Shown: positions 27,155 to 39,943, numbered from the whole stretch's first letter. The stretch is 63,901 bases of DNA, filler included, from Neoconidiobolus thromboides FSU 785 (GCA_025603075.1; 8 parts of 8 records of this genome joined end to end with filler, not necessarily neighbours in it), one strand, 5' to 3'. Program-made: numbers and translations. The notes: generated by a model not told the origin, from the sequence alone.

Positions 27155-27251
27155 GGGGATGTTTTTTGTGTTTAAGAATTCTATTAACAATCTTTCCACT
27201 CAAATAGCGCTTAAAAGATGGGAAAAGTAATGAAATCAAAAAAACATCCCC
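27155..27251 (-). mobile_element. MITE copy
   Basis: Reverse consensus match. Confidence 0.85.
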
Positions 27252-27260
27252 ATATGATAT

Positions 27261-27353
27261 ACAAGGATGTTTGTTGTTTTGAAATTCGCTAATGCTTTTT
27301 CCACTTGATAGCACTTAAAAATGGAAAAAACATGAAATCCACAAAAAATGCTC
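27261..27353 (-). mobile_element. MITE copy (diverged, tandem to previous)
   Basis: ttccacttgatagcacttaaaaatggaaaa core. Confidence 0.6.
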
Positions 27354-27729
27354 AAATATTTTATAATTGAAAAGTGTTTGCTTATAAAATGTAACGCAAA
27401 TATCTTTATCTCTAAAGTAGATAAATTGATTCTTTTTCACAATTGTGGATATATAAGGTATTCTTACCTAAAATGTCGCAAAACTCGACTTAAGAAATAG
27501 TGGCATTGTTAGTTAAAACAGTAATTAGATTTAAGATTTTTAATAGAATTAATTTTATAATTTAATCAAAATCAAAATTATATTTATTTTGTTTCATAAT
27601 GGCCAATAATAAAGTATTGGTTGTTTTTTATTGATGTAAAATAGTCCCTATTAAAAGATTAAAAGTTAATGCTATAGTGTGGAAGCCAATTATAAAGATT
27701 TTTATTCTAACTCGTGGTTTTGGATTGAA

Positions 27730-27826
27730 CTTGGTGTATTTTTGTGTTTAAGAATTTTACTAACAAGTTTTGCGCTTAAGTAGCGCTTAAAAGATGAAAA
27801 AAGTGATGAAGCCAAAAGACATCCCC
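27730..27826 (-). mobile_element. MITE copy
   Basis: Reverse consensus match ending acatcccc. Confidence 0.75.
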
Positions 27827-28410
27827 ATTTTATTTAAATTAGTGATAACTGCAAAAGTAACTTTACTGTTGCAATCTATAACCATTATTATGAAAACTAC
27901 AAAATTTGCGATATGTTAGGTGAGAATACCTAATAAGTTTGTTGGAACAACTCTAGACCTTCCACTCTCCCACTTTAACAGATGTAGAAGATGGTATGAA
28001 ATAGTGGGGTTGGCTATTGGTTTATAATGAAGCGGTTTTTGTTATTATATTTTCTGTTTTATTTATACAATCAAATAGTGTAACTCATTTGTTATCTTTT
28101 CATATATATCTCAAATAATAAAAAATAACAGTGAGACTATTAATTAGAAACTTCCGACTACATCACCTTAAGTTGAAAAAAGCGAAGTTTAAAGCAATCA
28201 TATTTCCAGCAAGTGATGTGAAAAATGGAGAATTTCCACCAATAAAACAAAGATAAGTAGAACTTCATTAAAATAAGCAAATAAAATTAATGAATCTTTC
28301 AATTTTAAAAAATTAAAAGGTAAACTGATAAATAAATTTTGACTAATAAAATACTGATCCCAGTTTGAACTAAAGTAAAACCTTTATTAAAAAAAGACAG
28401 TAATTAAACA

Positions 28411-31152
28411 ATGACAACAAGCAATATGAATTTCGGTCCTGAATGGTACTGAATAAAAAACTAAAAAAGTACTTTTTAATTACTAACTTTCTTAATTTAG
28501 GATGAGAAAACTAGCTAGTACTGATAAAGCAGCCAGCTCTGATTCTATCGAACAAGACTCGACTCTTCAAGAGCCTTCTCAATTACCCACTAGTACGACC
28601 TCTTACTCTTCAATAACTGGTAAACTTCGGGAAGATGGTAGTCGTTCAGAGGATAATGATACTATTGATAGTTTAAATCCGTTTAAATATAGTAAAGAGT
28701 ATATGTTAAGTTTTTTTAAAGAAATAGCTGCTCCTCTAGACTTCGAAAAACATGAAATTGCTAGTGTTGAAGAATGTTTACAACCCATTTCATTTTCGCC
28801 ATTAAGTGAATTGGAGCAAAAGGTTACTTTATTTTTTAAATCTTTTTATGGGAAAAGAGTTAATAAGGTTATTTTTAGCTTATTTCTAGTGGTCAAGTAA
28901 ACTCTTCTTCTAACCGTAGAATAGTGCAAAACCAACATACTCAAAATCAACAGCATCGTAACTTGGAACGTAATAACCGTGAAGGTAACACTAATAGAGG
29001 TGGTAGAGGTGGTAAAAATTTTCTTAAAATGTATTCATATAAATTCTAATATACAAATCCATTTAATTTAGGTGCAAGGACGAACTATAATAGAAATAAT
29101 GGTGGTGGTGGTGGATGGGGTAATGTTAGTAAGTCTTCAATTGGTACCTTTGGTAGCGATGGTGTGTTTCGAATGGAAGGAGCAGGCGATTCTTTAGAAG
29201 GTAGTGATTTTGCTATGACCGCTGAAATGTTTGAAGCTGAAAGAAGAGTAAGTTTATTTAGGTTTGATTCTACTTAAATTTTAATAATTTAAAAGGCTTA
29301 CCACCGTAATAATCAGAATCGTGGAGGCAGTGGACATCAAGATGATTCCTTAGATGGGTTTGAAACAGTAGGCGGAAGAGGAGGAAGAGGGTCTCTTAAA
29401 AACATATTAGTTGGTTTACCAGGAGCAGATGAACAAGAAGAGTTTAATATGTTTAATCCAGAAGATGTATCTAATTGGTATTATAATGATCCAACTGGTG
29501 TAACTCAAGGACCGTTTACTGGATTTGAAATGCATGAATGGTATATTGCTGGGTATTTTCAAGGAGATTTACTAGTCCGACGTGAAACGGATTCTAGCTT
29601 TGAACCATTAGCCCATCTTATTAATCGAATTGGCGATGATGAAAAACCCTTTTTAACACCACCACGTTCTTCTCATCTTAAAACTATACTTACACCACGT
29701 AGTGCACGTTTTAATTTTAGCAATTTTGATAGTGAACCTGATAATACCTTTGGTGATTTTAGTAAATCTCAAGCGTATGGTAACTTTTTAACTTCTAATC
29801 CTTTAAGCAACAATATTTATAACCAACAATCGGATCTTCATCAACAATCTTATTTGAATCAATTCAGTCCAAGCATGGTGCGTAACCCTTATGATGAAGC
29901 TGCTTATTATAAAGCTCAACAAGTACAACAAGAAAGACAATTATTTTTACAACAACAAATGGCTCATCCATTCTCCTCTAATCCCTATAATTCAATGCAT
30001 AGTGGTATCGTAGCTAATGACAACCAGCATTTATATAATACTCATTCTCAATCGATCCATCAAGGTAATGTTTGGAATAATAATCCAAGTGCAAGTAACC
30101 AGCAAGCTTATTCTAATCCAATTGAAAAACATTCTCAAAGTCCAACTGAGAAGGAAGAAAATGTATCAAAGATAGCTGAAGATAAAGTAGTAGCTGGTCT
30201 TAATAAACTTAATATCAATGAAGAGAAGAGTAAGGTTAGTCCCGAAGAAGGTAAAGCTTCAACTCCAACCAATGAAACAAAAGTTAAAGGCAACAATAAA
30301 GCTAAGGGATCACCACATAATAATAAACAAGAATTAAAAGAAGAGAATGGTAATAAGAAAGTAGCTGAAAAACCAGTCAAAAGTGGGTTACCATCTACAC
30401 CAGCTCCTTGGCAAGGCTCAAGTAAACCAACCAAATCATTAAGAGAAATTCAATTGGAAGAAGAAGCTCAAATGAAATCACGTGCAGCTAACCAATCCAG
30501 TGAACCTAAAAGATATGCAGATACTCTGGCTAAAGTAAGTTTTATTATAATAATGTAAGATGATGAGTGATATTAATGATATTTTATTTTTTTATAGAAA
30601 ACTACTCCTGGATGGAATTCAGTAGCTCAACAAAGTAGTACTGTTGTAAAGAGTTCTTCAAGCCAAAGGTAAGTTAAAATTGATTATTAAATAAAAAGTA
30701 ATATTAATATTGTTTTTTAGTAATAAAAATAAAGGAGGATCCAGTCAACCAAGTGAAAAATTTATTAACTGGATAAGATCTATGTTCCGTACTTTTGTTG
30801 AAATCAACGGTAAGTGGTTCTATTAAAATTCAGCAATAACATTAAATACTAATTTTTAACTACAATAGCTGACGAACTTATCAATATGTTATTAAGTTTC
30901 CCCATGGATCCATCCCCACAATTTAAAGAAATTGTTAAAGATATGTTTTTAGAACAACAAAGTAAAGGCAATCATAACATTGTAGATCATCGTAAATTTG
31001 CTGAAGAATTCATTATACGTCGTAAAATTGATGCAGGAATATTAAACAGCTCCGCTTTACCTAATAATCCATTGAAAGTACCTACTTTAAGTAAAAGTGA
31101 AACAAATGAATCATTTCAACTTGTTGGTAAAAAAAATCGTAAAAGAGTTTGA
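28411..31152 (+). CDS. GIGYF: GYF-domain protein, GIGYF/Smy2 family (multi-exon)
   Basis: Spliced N-terminus MNFGPEWMR; FKYSKEYML motif; GYF domain WYYNDPTGVTQGPF...WYIAGYF; SLREIQLEE; FAEEFIIRR. Confidence 0.9.
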
Positions 31153-31250
31153 TTGATATCAAAGTTGAAAATTTATTGAATTTGAAATAAAATAATAAAT
31201 TTTATAATTAAAGCAAATGATTTTTAATTTATTATTAAAACTATTTTATC

Positions 31251-31282
<32 letters not shown>

Positions 31283-31379
31283 AAATGTTTTATTGAATAA
31301 TAAAGCCTTAATAATTTTATTTTGATAAATAGAATGAAAAGATAAAATTCAAAGAGAAAGGAATAGAATTAATATATTT

Positions 31380-32036
31380 TTAAATTGATAAAAGATATTT
31401 ATTAATGAAAGAAGTAAATGATTCTGAAATCAATGTAAAAAAGAGACCAGTAATTAGACCAAATAACCCTGCTAAAAAAAAGAAAGCAATAATGAAACCA
31501 AATTTAAAATAAATTAATCTTAGAACTCTATAAGGTAATGTATAAAATAAATGCTTTACAATCTGAAAACAATATATTATTATTGTAAAAATAATACTTG
31601 TGAAATAAGTCAATATAGTGATAGAAATTGAATAGATTGATTTTGCTACTTGAAAAATGATTTGAAGTAGGTAAATAATTGCTTTTAGAGGCAATTGTAT
31701 CAAATAAATCAATTGATTACGTCGAGTTATTAATTCTTCTTGATTTAATTTCTTCTTATTTTTTTTGAATCGTTGATTTAACGGGGAGAAATGATTTAAT
31801 ATATTAAATAGTTGATTAAAATTCGATGGGACTAATTTTTCATTGTTGGTATTATCGTTATGAGTATGAGTAGTTAAAATCCTAGAATTAGAATGAGCTT
31901 GTTCAATACAATTTTGTTGGTTTGAGGAAGATAATAATAGATTTTTATTGCATGTTTGTGAATCTTGTAGTTGGCTACTTGTAAATGAGTATAGGGATAA
32001 TAAGGGTAATAAAATAAAATAAAAATAAAAGTTCAT
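31380..32036 (-). CDS. Unknown protein with signal peptide and hydrophobic C-terminal segments
   Basis: Intact ORF from MNFYFYFILLPLL; C-terminal FGFIIAFFFLAGLFGLITGLFF; no family recognised. Confidence 0.6.
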   Translation of the reverse strand: MNFYFYFILLPLLSLYSFTSSQLQDSQTCNKNLLLSSSNQQNCIEQAHSNSRILTTHTHNDNTNNEKLVPSNFNQLFNILNHFSPLNQRFKKNKKKLNQEELITRRNQLIYLIQLPLKAIIYLLQIIFQVAKSIYSISITILTYFTSIIFTIIIYCFQIVKHLFYTLPYRVLRLIYFKFGFIIAFFFLAGLFGLITGLFFTLISESFTSFINKYLLSI

Positions 32037-32240
32037 TATGAAGTATTTGAACAATATTAAAAGATAGAATCTTTTGAATTTTAATAAGATCCTTAAATGA
32101 AATCTAACACCGAATGCAACAAAATTGCTATTTTTTTGCAATAAGCCATTTTTTGCAAACAGGAGCTTAGTTTCAATGCTTTTTTTAATGTTTAGTTTTT
32201 TAGTTTTTCATTTATTTTATTATCAATATTACTATAAAAA

Positions 32241-32849
32241 ATGGCTATGGCATCGAATCGATTAAAGATAGGGGTAAGTAAATAAAATAGACAATTTTAA
32301 TGAAAGTACTTATTGATATCTAATTTGATAGACTCGTCTCCCACCCGAAGTTAATAGGGTATTATTTATAAGGTAAGTTAAAATTAGAAAATATTTTGAG
32401 ATTTAAGATATTGAATTAAGACTTATTAACTATTTGTTTTTCTTTAAAAAGGAATTTACCATTTAAAGTAACTGGAGAAGATATGTATGATTTATTTGGT
32501 AAATATGGGGCTATTAGACAGATCAGAATGTAAGTATCATTAATAATTATCAATCAAAGGAATTCATTTTTTTAAAATTTGTTTTAGTGGTAATAGCAAT
32601 GACACTCGAGGAACTGGATTTGTTATTTATGAAGATATATTTGATGCTAAAGCAGCATGTGATCATTTGAATGGTTTTAATATTCAAGGAAGATATTTAG
32701 TTGTACTTTATTATCAAGCAGCTAAACAACAAAAAAAACTGGATAATATCGCTAAAGAAAAAGAGTTAAATGAACTTAAAAAGTAGGTTTTATTTTATCT
32801 AATATGTTATTTTTTAAATATTTTTTTAATTAGAAAACATAATTTATAA
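32241..32849 (+). CDS. SF3B6: U2 snRNP branch-site protein p14 (5 exons)
   Basis: Spliced [18 protein letters not shown]...[16 protein letters not shown]...[25 protein letters not shown]. Confidence 0.95.
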
Positions 32850-32991
32850 ATCTATTTTTTTAAATAAATAGGTATATTAATAAAACAGATAATAAAGTTG
32901 ATAAATTCACTTATTTTATATTTTTATTCTTATTTTTATCTTATTTATAACTTATACATATAATTATATTTTATTTATAACTTCTAAATAA

Positions 32992-34221
32992 TTAATCAAA
33001 TGGAAGTCTAGTAGGAAGAGTATTTGATTGATGATTAATAGATTTAGCTCCAATAGCGGAAGGAATTCTAACTGAACAACAAGAAGGGTGTTCTTGACCA
33101 AAAGCATAAACATGAGCATGTTCATTTTCATTATGATTTTCTGGAACGATATGACCAGTTTCAAAGTTTATTAAAGTACCAAATAAAAAATGTTGAACAA
33201 TTGGTAGTTTATTTAATACTTCTTTCAAATACATTTTAATCATACCTTGATTCACCTTTAGCCAAGTTTTAACTCCAGATATATCATCTAACATTGGTGA
33301 ATGCCAACGTAAAGATTCTGATTTAACTGAATTAACAAATTGAATACATGCTAAATATTCATAATGTTGACTAAATTCTTCTACTATTTCATTATCATGA
33401 ATACATTTTGGTCGAAAATGAGGATGATTTATTAATTGAGCTGAACCAAATAAAAAAGGTAGAAAATGATAATCATCTAAACCCCATACCCCATGACTAC
33501 CCGCTGGCTCTAGCCAATAAATAAATTGTAGTTTTCGCATTACTTTAATATACTGATGAAAAACTTTTAATATTAATGAAGGATAATCAACTTCAGATAT
33601 TAAATTAAGTTTTTTTAAACATAGTCTATGTGAAATAGAAAATATCATTATATTATAATTATTAATATTATTAAAATTAAAACTTACAAAAAGCACATAA
33701 AATTAACTTCATGACCAGTACCATAATCAATACGATTATAATCTCCAAAACTATCATAAAGATATTTAGATATTTCAACTATACTTTCTTTTGGCTCAAT
33801 AAATTCTTTTAATAATTCTGGAATTAACTAAAGTATCATTAGTAACTAATTTAAATACTATTTATTATTATTATTTAGCTTACCTCTTTTACTTTATTGT
33901 ACCAAGTTTTAAAGGCCGGATTACCAAATCTTGATTTACCTACTTCTTCAGGTGGTATATTATCAACTAAATTATATAATTTGTCTAATACATTTAATAT
34001 ATTTTTAACTAACTAAATAAATAAAAATCAACATTAATTTTTAAATCAACTAAATCAATATTTACCTCTGATACTTTTATTTCTTCCGTTGTCTTTTTAC
34101 CAATAACAGAATCATTTAATTTTAATATAAAATCTACATAATCTTTGTAAGCTGAAGACTCCTGATATTGCTCTAAATCTTCCTTAGTTAAAATTGTTTT
34201 AATAGGTACTTTAAACATCAT
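32992..34221 (-). CDS. PTPA: PP2A phosphatase activator PTPA (Rrd1/Ypa1 family), multi-exon
   Basis: FGDYNRIDYGTGHE, YWLEPAGSHGVWGLDDYHFLPFLFGSAQL, HSPMLDDISGV, KLPIVQHFLFG. Confidence 0.95.
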
Positions 34222-34446
34222 TATAATATTTATTTTTAGAATTCTAAAATTTTATAATCACTAAAATAATAACTATTGAATTCAATGTCTTTAAAAAAAT
34301 AATTCAAATTCAACCAATAAAAACTTCATAAATAACTAAGTGTCAATGTAATCAAAATTTATTTTATTTATTTAATGAAAAAATAAAAAAGCATATTTTA
34401 TTGCATATATTATATAGTTCATTGATTATAGTTTCAATAGTTCAAA

Positions 34447-35586
34447 TCAAATCATAGCTTTTGGTATACAAATATGATTATCTAAATCTCCTGGATAAAT
34501 ATGACCTTCACTAGTTAAAAATTCAAATACATTATCAATTTCAACACTGTTAAAGCCCTGCTGTACTAATTCTTGTTTTAATTTTTCTTTATGAGTACCC
34601 ACATTTGGATTAGGTAAACTTTGATTAATATTATACATGAATCCTAACATCGCATTTGCTAAAGTAGTACGATCATGGGATTGAAGTCCTAATTGACTTT
34701 TCAAATTACCTACCATCGAGTTATTTGAAAATTGAAGGTCTTTCTATATCAAATAAAAGATAGTTTATAGATAATTAAATTGAATATATGTAAAAACATT
34801 AAATTAAGCTTACTTTCATAGGTCTAGTTAATTGTAAATGAGATGTTAAAGCTTCCATAAAATGTAAAGTAATTTCATTACCATCTAAAATAGGTTGAAG
34901 ACAAATAGCTAATAATTGAATACTATTTCCAAATACTTTAACACTAGCAATAACTCGAATATATTCATCTTCTCTAAAATTAATAATTTAAAAATTAATT
35001 AATCAACTGATTAATAGGATTACTTTATAGCATCTAATTGTTCATGAATATGAATGCCTTGATATCCTTGGTCACTTAAAAATACTCGAATGTCAACTAA
35101 ACCGGTACCATCACTTAATTTAAATGATTTAAAAGAAGCTCCACTTTCAATAGTTGATGGTGTGCCCATTAAAATTACCTTTTTAAAAATTAATATTAAT
35201 ATGACATTTAAAAATTATTTGAAAGAAATTATTGTTCTATTTTAACTTACATAATTCAATTCTACATTATCTAAAATTATTGGTTCATCTTTACCTGAAG
35301 GTAAATTCATCTCTTTTAATTGTTTAATTGTTACATATCGATAAGTATGTAATTTTTTCTATTAAATTATTAAATTAATGAGATGCGTTTAAAGTTTTTT
35401 TAAATGATCAAATCAAATTACTTTACTGCTCTCTAGAGAACCTTCTTCTTTTGGTATAAAGCCACCACCATTACTACCAAAGTTATTTGTATTAGCGGAA
35501 TAAGGTTGATAACTATCTATTTATAAACCATCAGTCTCTAAAATCATGCTTTTTGATATTTGATTGAAATTACTTTGATAACTCAT
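34447..35586 (-). CDS. RFA2: Replication protein A 32-kDa subunit (multi-exon)
   Basis: N-terminal GGGF, VTIKQL, OB-fold LSDGTG and EYIRVIA, C-terminal winged helix FLTSEGHIY. Confidence 0.8.
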
Positions 35587-35845
35587 AATTTTCTGATTGA
35601 TAAGAATGATGAAAAGATAAAAAACCTGAATTTGATGTTTTTTAAACTTTTTCTTAGTTTTGGGTTTTGGATTCGCAGTTTTTGGACAATGGAAATCCAA
35701 GCTATTTGCTTATTTTAGTAATAAAATATTGTTTATAGTAAATTTAAAATTTATTTAAAAAATTGATATTATATGATAAAGTAATACAATAATAAAAATA
35801 TTATATCATATGCTTGAAAGCTTTATAGATCTTATTGAAAAATAT

Positions 35846-36484
35846 TTAAATCACATCTTTAACTTGAGATAAAGCCAAAACAATTGTATGTCTAATTTTG
35901 GGAGCAATGGCATTAGAGATTTTATTAGCAGTTGTTTATAGCCCTTCTGCTAGAGTTTCAACAGAAGTTTCAGAGTTTGGAAAAATTGAAGTTTCAGATT
36001 GACTGGTTTAGGCGTTAATATTACCAATTGAAATAGAACCAATATCAATTGTATATCTATCTTGACCAGACCCTATTCCATGACCTTTACCTCTACCACT
36101 ACCACCTTTTTTAGTAATATTACTCTTGTTAGTTCCATTACTTTGTTTATTGCTTTCAGTGTTCTTTCTATCCTGACTCTTTTTTTTCTTACTAATAATA
36201 TCAAGTGATCCCGATCTACTAGCTAACAAAGCGGTATTTATAGCAGCATTCATCGATGATTAGTCTGCTTGAGTACCACTACTACTACCATTGCTATGAT
36301 TATTAAGAAAGCTTCCAACTTTTTGAGTAACAAAATTAGCCATTTCTTTAACAGTAACTTTAGTTTCTTTTTGGTCTATTTTAATAATGGGTTTAATGAA
36401 TCTACATTTCAAGCTAAATAACTCTTCGGCTGATATTTGAGAGAATAAGAATAAAGCAGTTGATAAAATCATATAGAATCTCAT
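35846..36484 (-). pseudogene. Secreted Lys/Gly-rich protein paralog A; one frame interrupted by 3 in-frame TAA
   Basis: 213 codons, no frameshift; TAA at 36260, 36008, 35936; ends AIAPKIRHTIVLALSQVKDVI, like paralog B. Confidence 0.8.
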
Positions 36485-36908
36485 ATTATGTATATGGTTT
36501 TGCTTATCAGAAACAAAATTAAGTTATTATTTACATAAAGAATTATAAGCTTTCTTGAAGGGTACTTATAATTGTTTTAAGGTGATAAGATAGCTTCATT
36601 ACTTTTTATTACCATCTGATCTGAATATTAAATTTATTAAATTTTGTATGTCATGTTTTGCTTTTTTCTATTAAAACTACTATTTTACTTGTTAATAGTG
36701 GTCGTGAAGCTGTATCGATGACAATTTACGAAATTATAAATAGTGCTAATAGATTACAGCAGTAGTAGTAGCAATTAATGTTAATCATTTATTGATTTAA
36801 TTTTTTAACAGTATTTTTAAGTACTTTTTTGTACATAGACATTAACAGCTTTTAATAGGTTTTAAAAAAATAAGCAAAATACATTTAGATACTTCTTTTA
36901 TACAATAT

Positions 36909-37004
36909 GATGATGTTTTTTTTATTTCATTACTTTTTCTATCTTTTGAACACTATCTGAGTGTAAAGATTGTTAATAAAATTCTTAAACGAAAACATAT
37001 CCCT
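36909..37004 (+). mobile_element. MITE copy, TSD ATAT/ATAT
   Basis: Consensus match. Confidence 0.75.
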
Positions 37005-37113
37005 ATATCGTATTTAATTGTCCATATAAAACCAGGATACTTTTGATAATAAATAAAAATAATAATAATAAACTGTTTAAAATTTCAAATTATTTATTTA
37101 CCATCCCGAATAT

Positions 37114-37821
37114 TTAAAGCATATCTTTAATTTGAGATAAAGCTAAAGCAAGTGTACGTTTAACTTTAGGTGCAGCGGCATTAAGAGCTCCTTTTACTGG
37201 ACTTCCTTTTTTTGAAGCTCCTGGAGCTAAACTTTCTTGTCCTAAAGTACCAGCCGAAGCTTGAGAAGCCTGTGGGCTTTGGTCTCCAGGTTGAGTAGTT
37301 TGGGTACTAGTGTTACCAATTGAAATATTTCCAACACCAACCTTATGACCGCCCCAACCAAAGCTTTTGCTGCGACCTTTCCCTTTACCATGACCTTTCT
37401 TTTTACCACCGCTCTTCTTAGTATTAATACCTTTCACTTTACCAGGTCCTTTCGCCTTACTAGGACTATTCTTTTTACCTTTACCCTTCCCTTTACCACC
37501 CCATGAATGTTTTTTTTTGTTTTTACTCTTACTATGAGTATCAGGTGATTCAGATTTAGCAGTCAATGGAGTAGCCTCACGATTTGTATTAGTATCAACC
37601 GTAGCCAATTGATCAGCTTTTCCACCATTAACACCTTTACCAAGAAATTTTTCTGCTTTTTTGTTAGCAAAACCAACTGCTTCTTTGCCCACAGTTTTAG
37701 CTATATCTTTACCTATATCCTTTAAAGATTGACTCAAACCTCCTTTAGCTTTTACTGATTCCTTGGCCTCGGTTTGGGAAAGTAAGAGAATGACGATTGG
37801 TAAAATTGTAATGAATTTCAT
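37114..37821 (-). CDS. Secreted Lys/Gly-rich basic protein paralog B (intact)
   Basis: MKFITILPIVILLLSQTEA signal peptide; GKGKG-rich core; intronless; GC higher than flanks. Confidence 0.85.
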   Translation of the reverse strand: MKFITILPIVILLLSQTEAKESVKAKGGLSQSLKDIGKDIAKTVGKEAVGFANKKAEKFLGKGVNGGKADQLATVDTNTNREATPLTAKSESPDTHSKSKNKKKHSWGGKGKGKGKKNSPSKAKGPGKVKGINTKKSGGKKKGHGKGKGRSKSFGWGGHKVGVGNISIGNTSTQTTQPGDQSPQASQASAGTLGQESLAPGASKKGSPVKGALNAAAPKVKRTLALALSQIKDML

Positions 37822-37992
37822 ATTGTAATATAGTTTTTTATTTATCAAAAATAAAATAAAATAAAATAAAATAAAATTTTATTATTAACAATTGTACATT
37901 CTTCGAAGAGCTTTTATAGTTCTTTATGGTTATTAAATGACTGCTCTTATTTTTTTTAAATAAATTTAAGTTGGTTCTAAAATTTATTAAGT

Positions 37993-38083
37993 GGGTATAA
38001 CGTACTTTATTTAGGAATTTGCTAACAATTTTTTCACTCATAGTGCTTAAGAAATGGAAAAAGTGAAGTCAAAAAACACTCCC
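37993..38083 (-). mobile_element. MITE copy (diverged)
   Basis: ttttcactcatagtgcttaagaaatggaaaa core. Confidence 0.65.
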
Positions 38084-38413
38084 AAATAAAATTATAATAA
38101 TTTAAGTCGCATGCATCATTATACCTCTAAAATAATAATCTAAGTATTATTTTTGTTACTGTTGTTCTATTGATTAAGAACATTAAATTAGTTATTAATA
38201 CTAATTAATGAAAAACCGAGTATAATAATGTTTAATATAAATAACAGTAACAATTATTATTGCTATATTATTAATTTTAATGAATATTAAAATTTCATTA
38301 AATTTATCTGAAGAGTGATAGTTTTTGATGATATTTATACAAAATTAATTTAGCTTTGTGCATAAAGTTTTTAAAAATAATTCATCAAATTAGTTATTTA
38401 TTATATTAAATGT

Positions 38414-39188
38414 TTAAGCCAAATGTCTAGTTCAAGACAAAGCAAAAGTAAATATACGTTTGACTAGCAGCGGAATGAGATGAAGTAGTATAAGGCAGTG
38501 GAGTTTGTTTTTCTTTAATTTACTCTTTTGAACTTCCTTCTCCTGAAGTTGGATATGCCGTTTGAGGTTTTGATGGGCTTTGAATTTAATTTTGAATTTA
38601 ATTAGTTTGGATGTTAATGCTACCAGTTGAAACGGATTCAGTTATAATGCTATAGCTACTTGAGCTATAACCTTAACCTTTTAATTTATCATTATCAATT
38701 TTAGTACATTGACTCTTTACTATACCCTCATCCTTCTCATTACTTCGACTCTTCCCTTTATATTATCCCTTACTTACATTAGGGTCCTTTTTCCTACCTA
38801 GACCTTTCAATCTACCCAGATACTTCTTCCTATCATTGCCCTTCTTTCTATCGTCTATGGTAGCTTCTTTTTGTTTTTCCCCTTTCTATCTTTACTATAA
38901 ATCTCAACCAATTTGGATCGACTCACCGATGAAGCAGGCTTATCCTTGGAATCCATATCAGCTATAGTTGATTGATCAGTTTTTTCTTACCTAGAAGTAC
39001 TCCCACTGCCGAGTTGTTTTTCAGTTTTTTGAGTAGCGTGATTGAGAACTTTGTTACCAGCAACAGCTAACTTTTGACCAACGTTTTTTAAAGGTTGAGC
39101 TAACCTCATTTGGAATTTGAGAATTCTTCAGCATGCAACTAGGAGAATAGTAATAATGTAACTGGTAGGATTATATTGATTATATATT
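38414..39188 (-). pseudogene. Secreted Lys/Gly-rich protein paralog C; many stops and frameshifts
   Basis: ILPVTLLLFS*LHAEE, LAQPLKNVGQKLAVAGNKVLNHATQKTEKQLG and KRIFTFALS*TRHLA align to A and B. Confidence 0.75.
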
Positions 39189-39943
39189 AAAAACAAAATA
39201 TAACAATATTATTTACTTGCTCGATAAAAGATTCTAAATTGATTGAAGGGTTTTATGTAATATTGAAGGTTATAAAATGGATTTATTTCTATAATTACTA
39301 TGTCGTTGCTTTTTTTATTTTTAATGGATTTCATGTTATCACTGTTATGATATTTAGTATGTTTTTTTAACTTATTTTCTTTCAAATATTAATATCTTAA
39401 ATAAAATAGCATTTTTATAGTTATTTTTAAAATTAAAAACACTATTGAAACTTTACGATTTTTAGAAGTTATATAAAATTGATTTAACTAAATTAAAAAA
39501 TTATTAAAATCCATAAAAATCAAAGCTTAGAAAATGATAAATAATAAAAGGATTAAAAACAATATCAAAATCAATTATGATACTATTATAACTTTTATTT
39601 CAAAAAGTACTATATAAACAGCAATCTATTGTTACAAATAAAGATTATACATACATTAATTTAGTTTTCCTATCTCGCTTTTAAATCTTACTTTCCTTAT
39701 TCAGCTATCAAATTTCTCGTGTAAATCACACTATATAAATAGATCCCTAATAAAAATCTAAATGAATTCTTGTTGCTAAATGGATGTATAAAATGCAATA
39801 AAAAGTTAGAGGCATCATGATATATTTTTTTAATTTCATTTAATTATTTTTATCAAACAAGAGCTATCGTATAAACGTTTTTATATTATTATAAAGATAA
39901 ACACATAAGCTTACCAATTGAATAGATATTAATTATTTAATAT

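Noticed and set aside
11011-27826. MITE clusters as a CRISPR-like array
   Set aside because: Eukaryotic DNA, ~95-bp units, irregular spacing, both orientations, with TIRs and TSDs.
35846-39188. Genome-wide TAA/TAG = Gln alternative code
   Set aside because: SF3B6, STE11, the carboxypeptidase, Rsa3, DJ-1 and others end at TAA at the expected positions.
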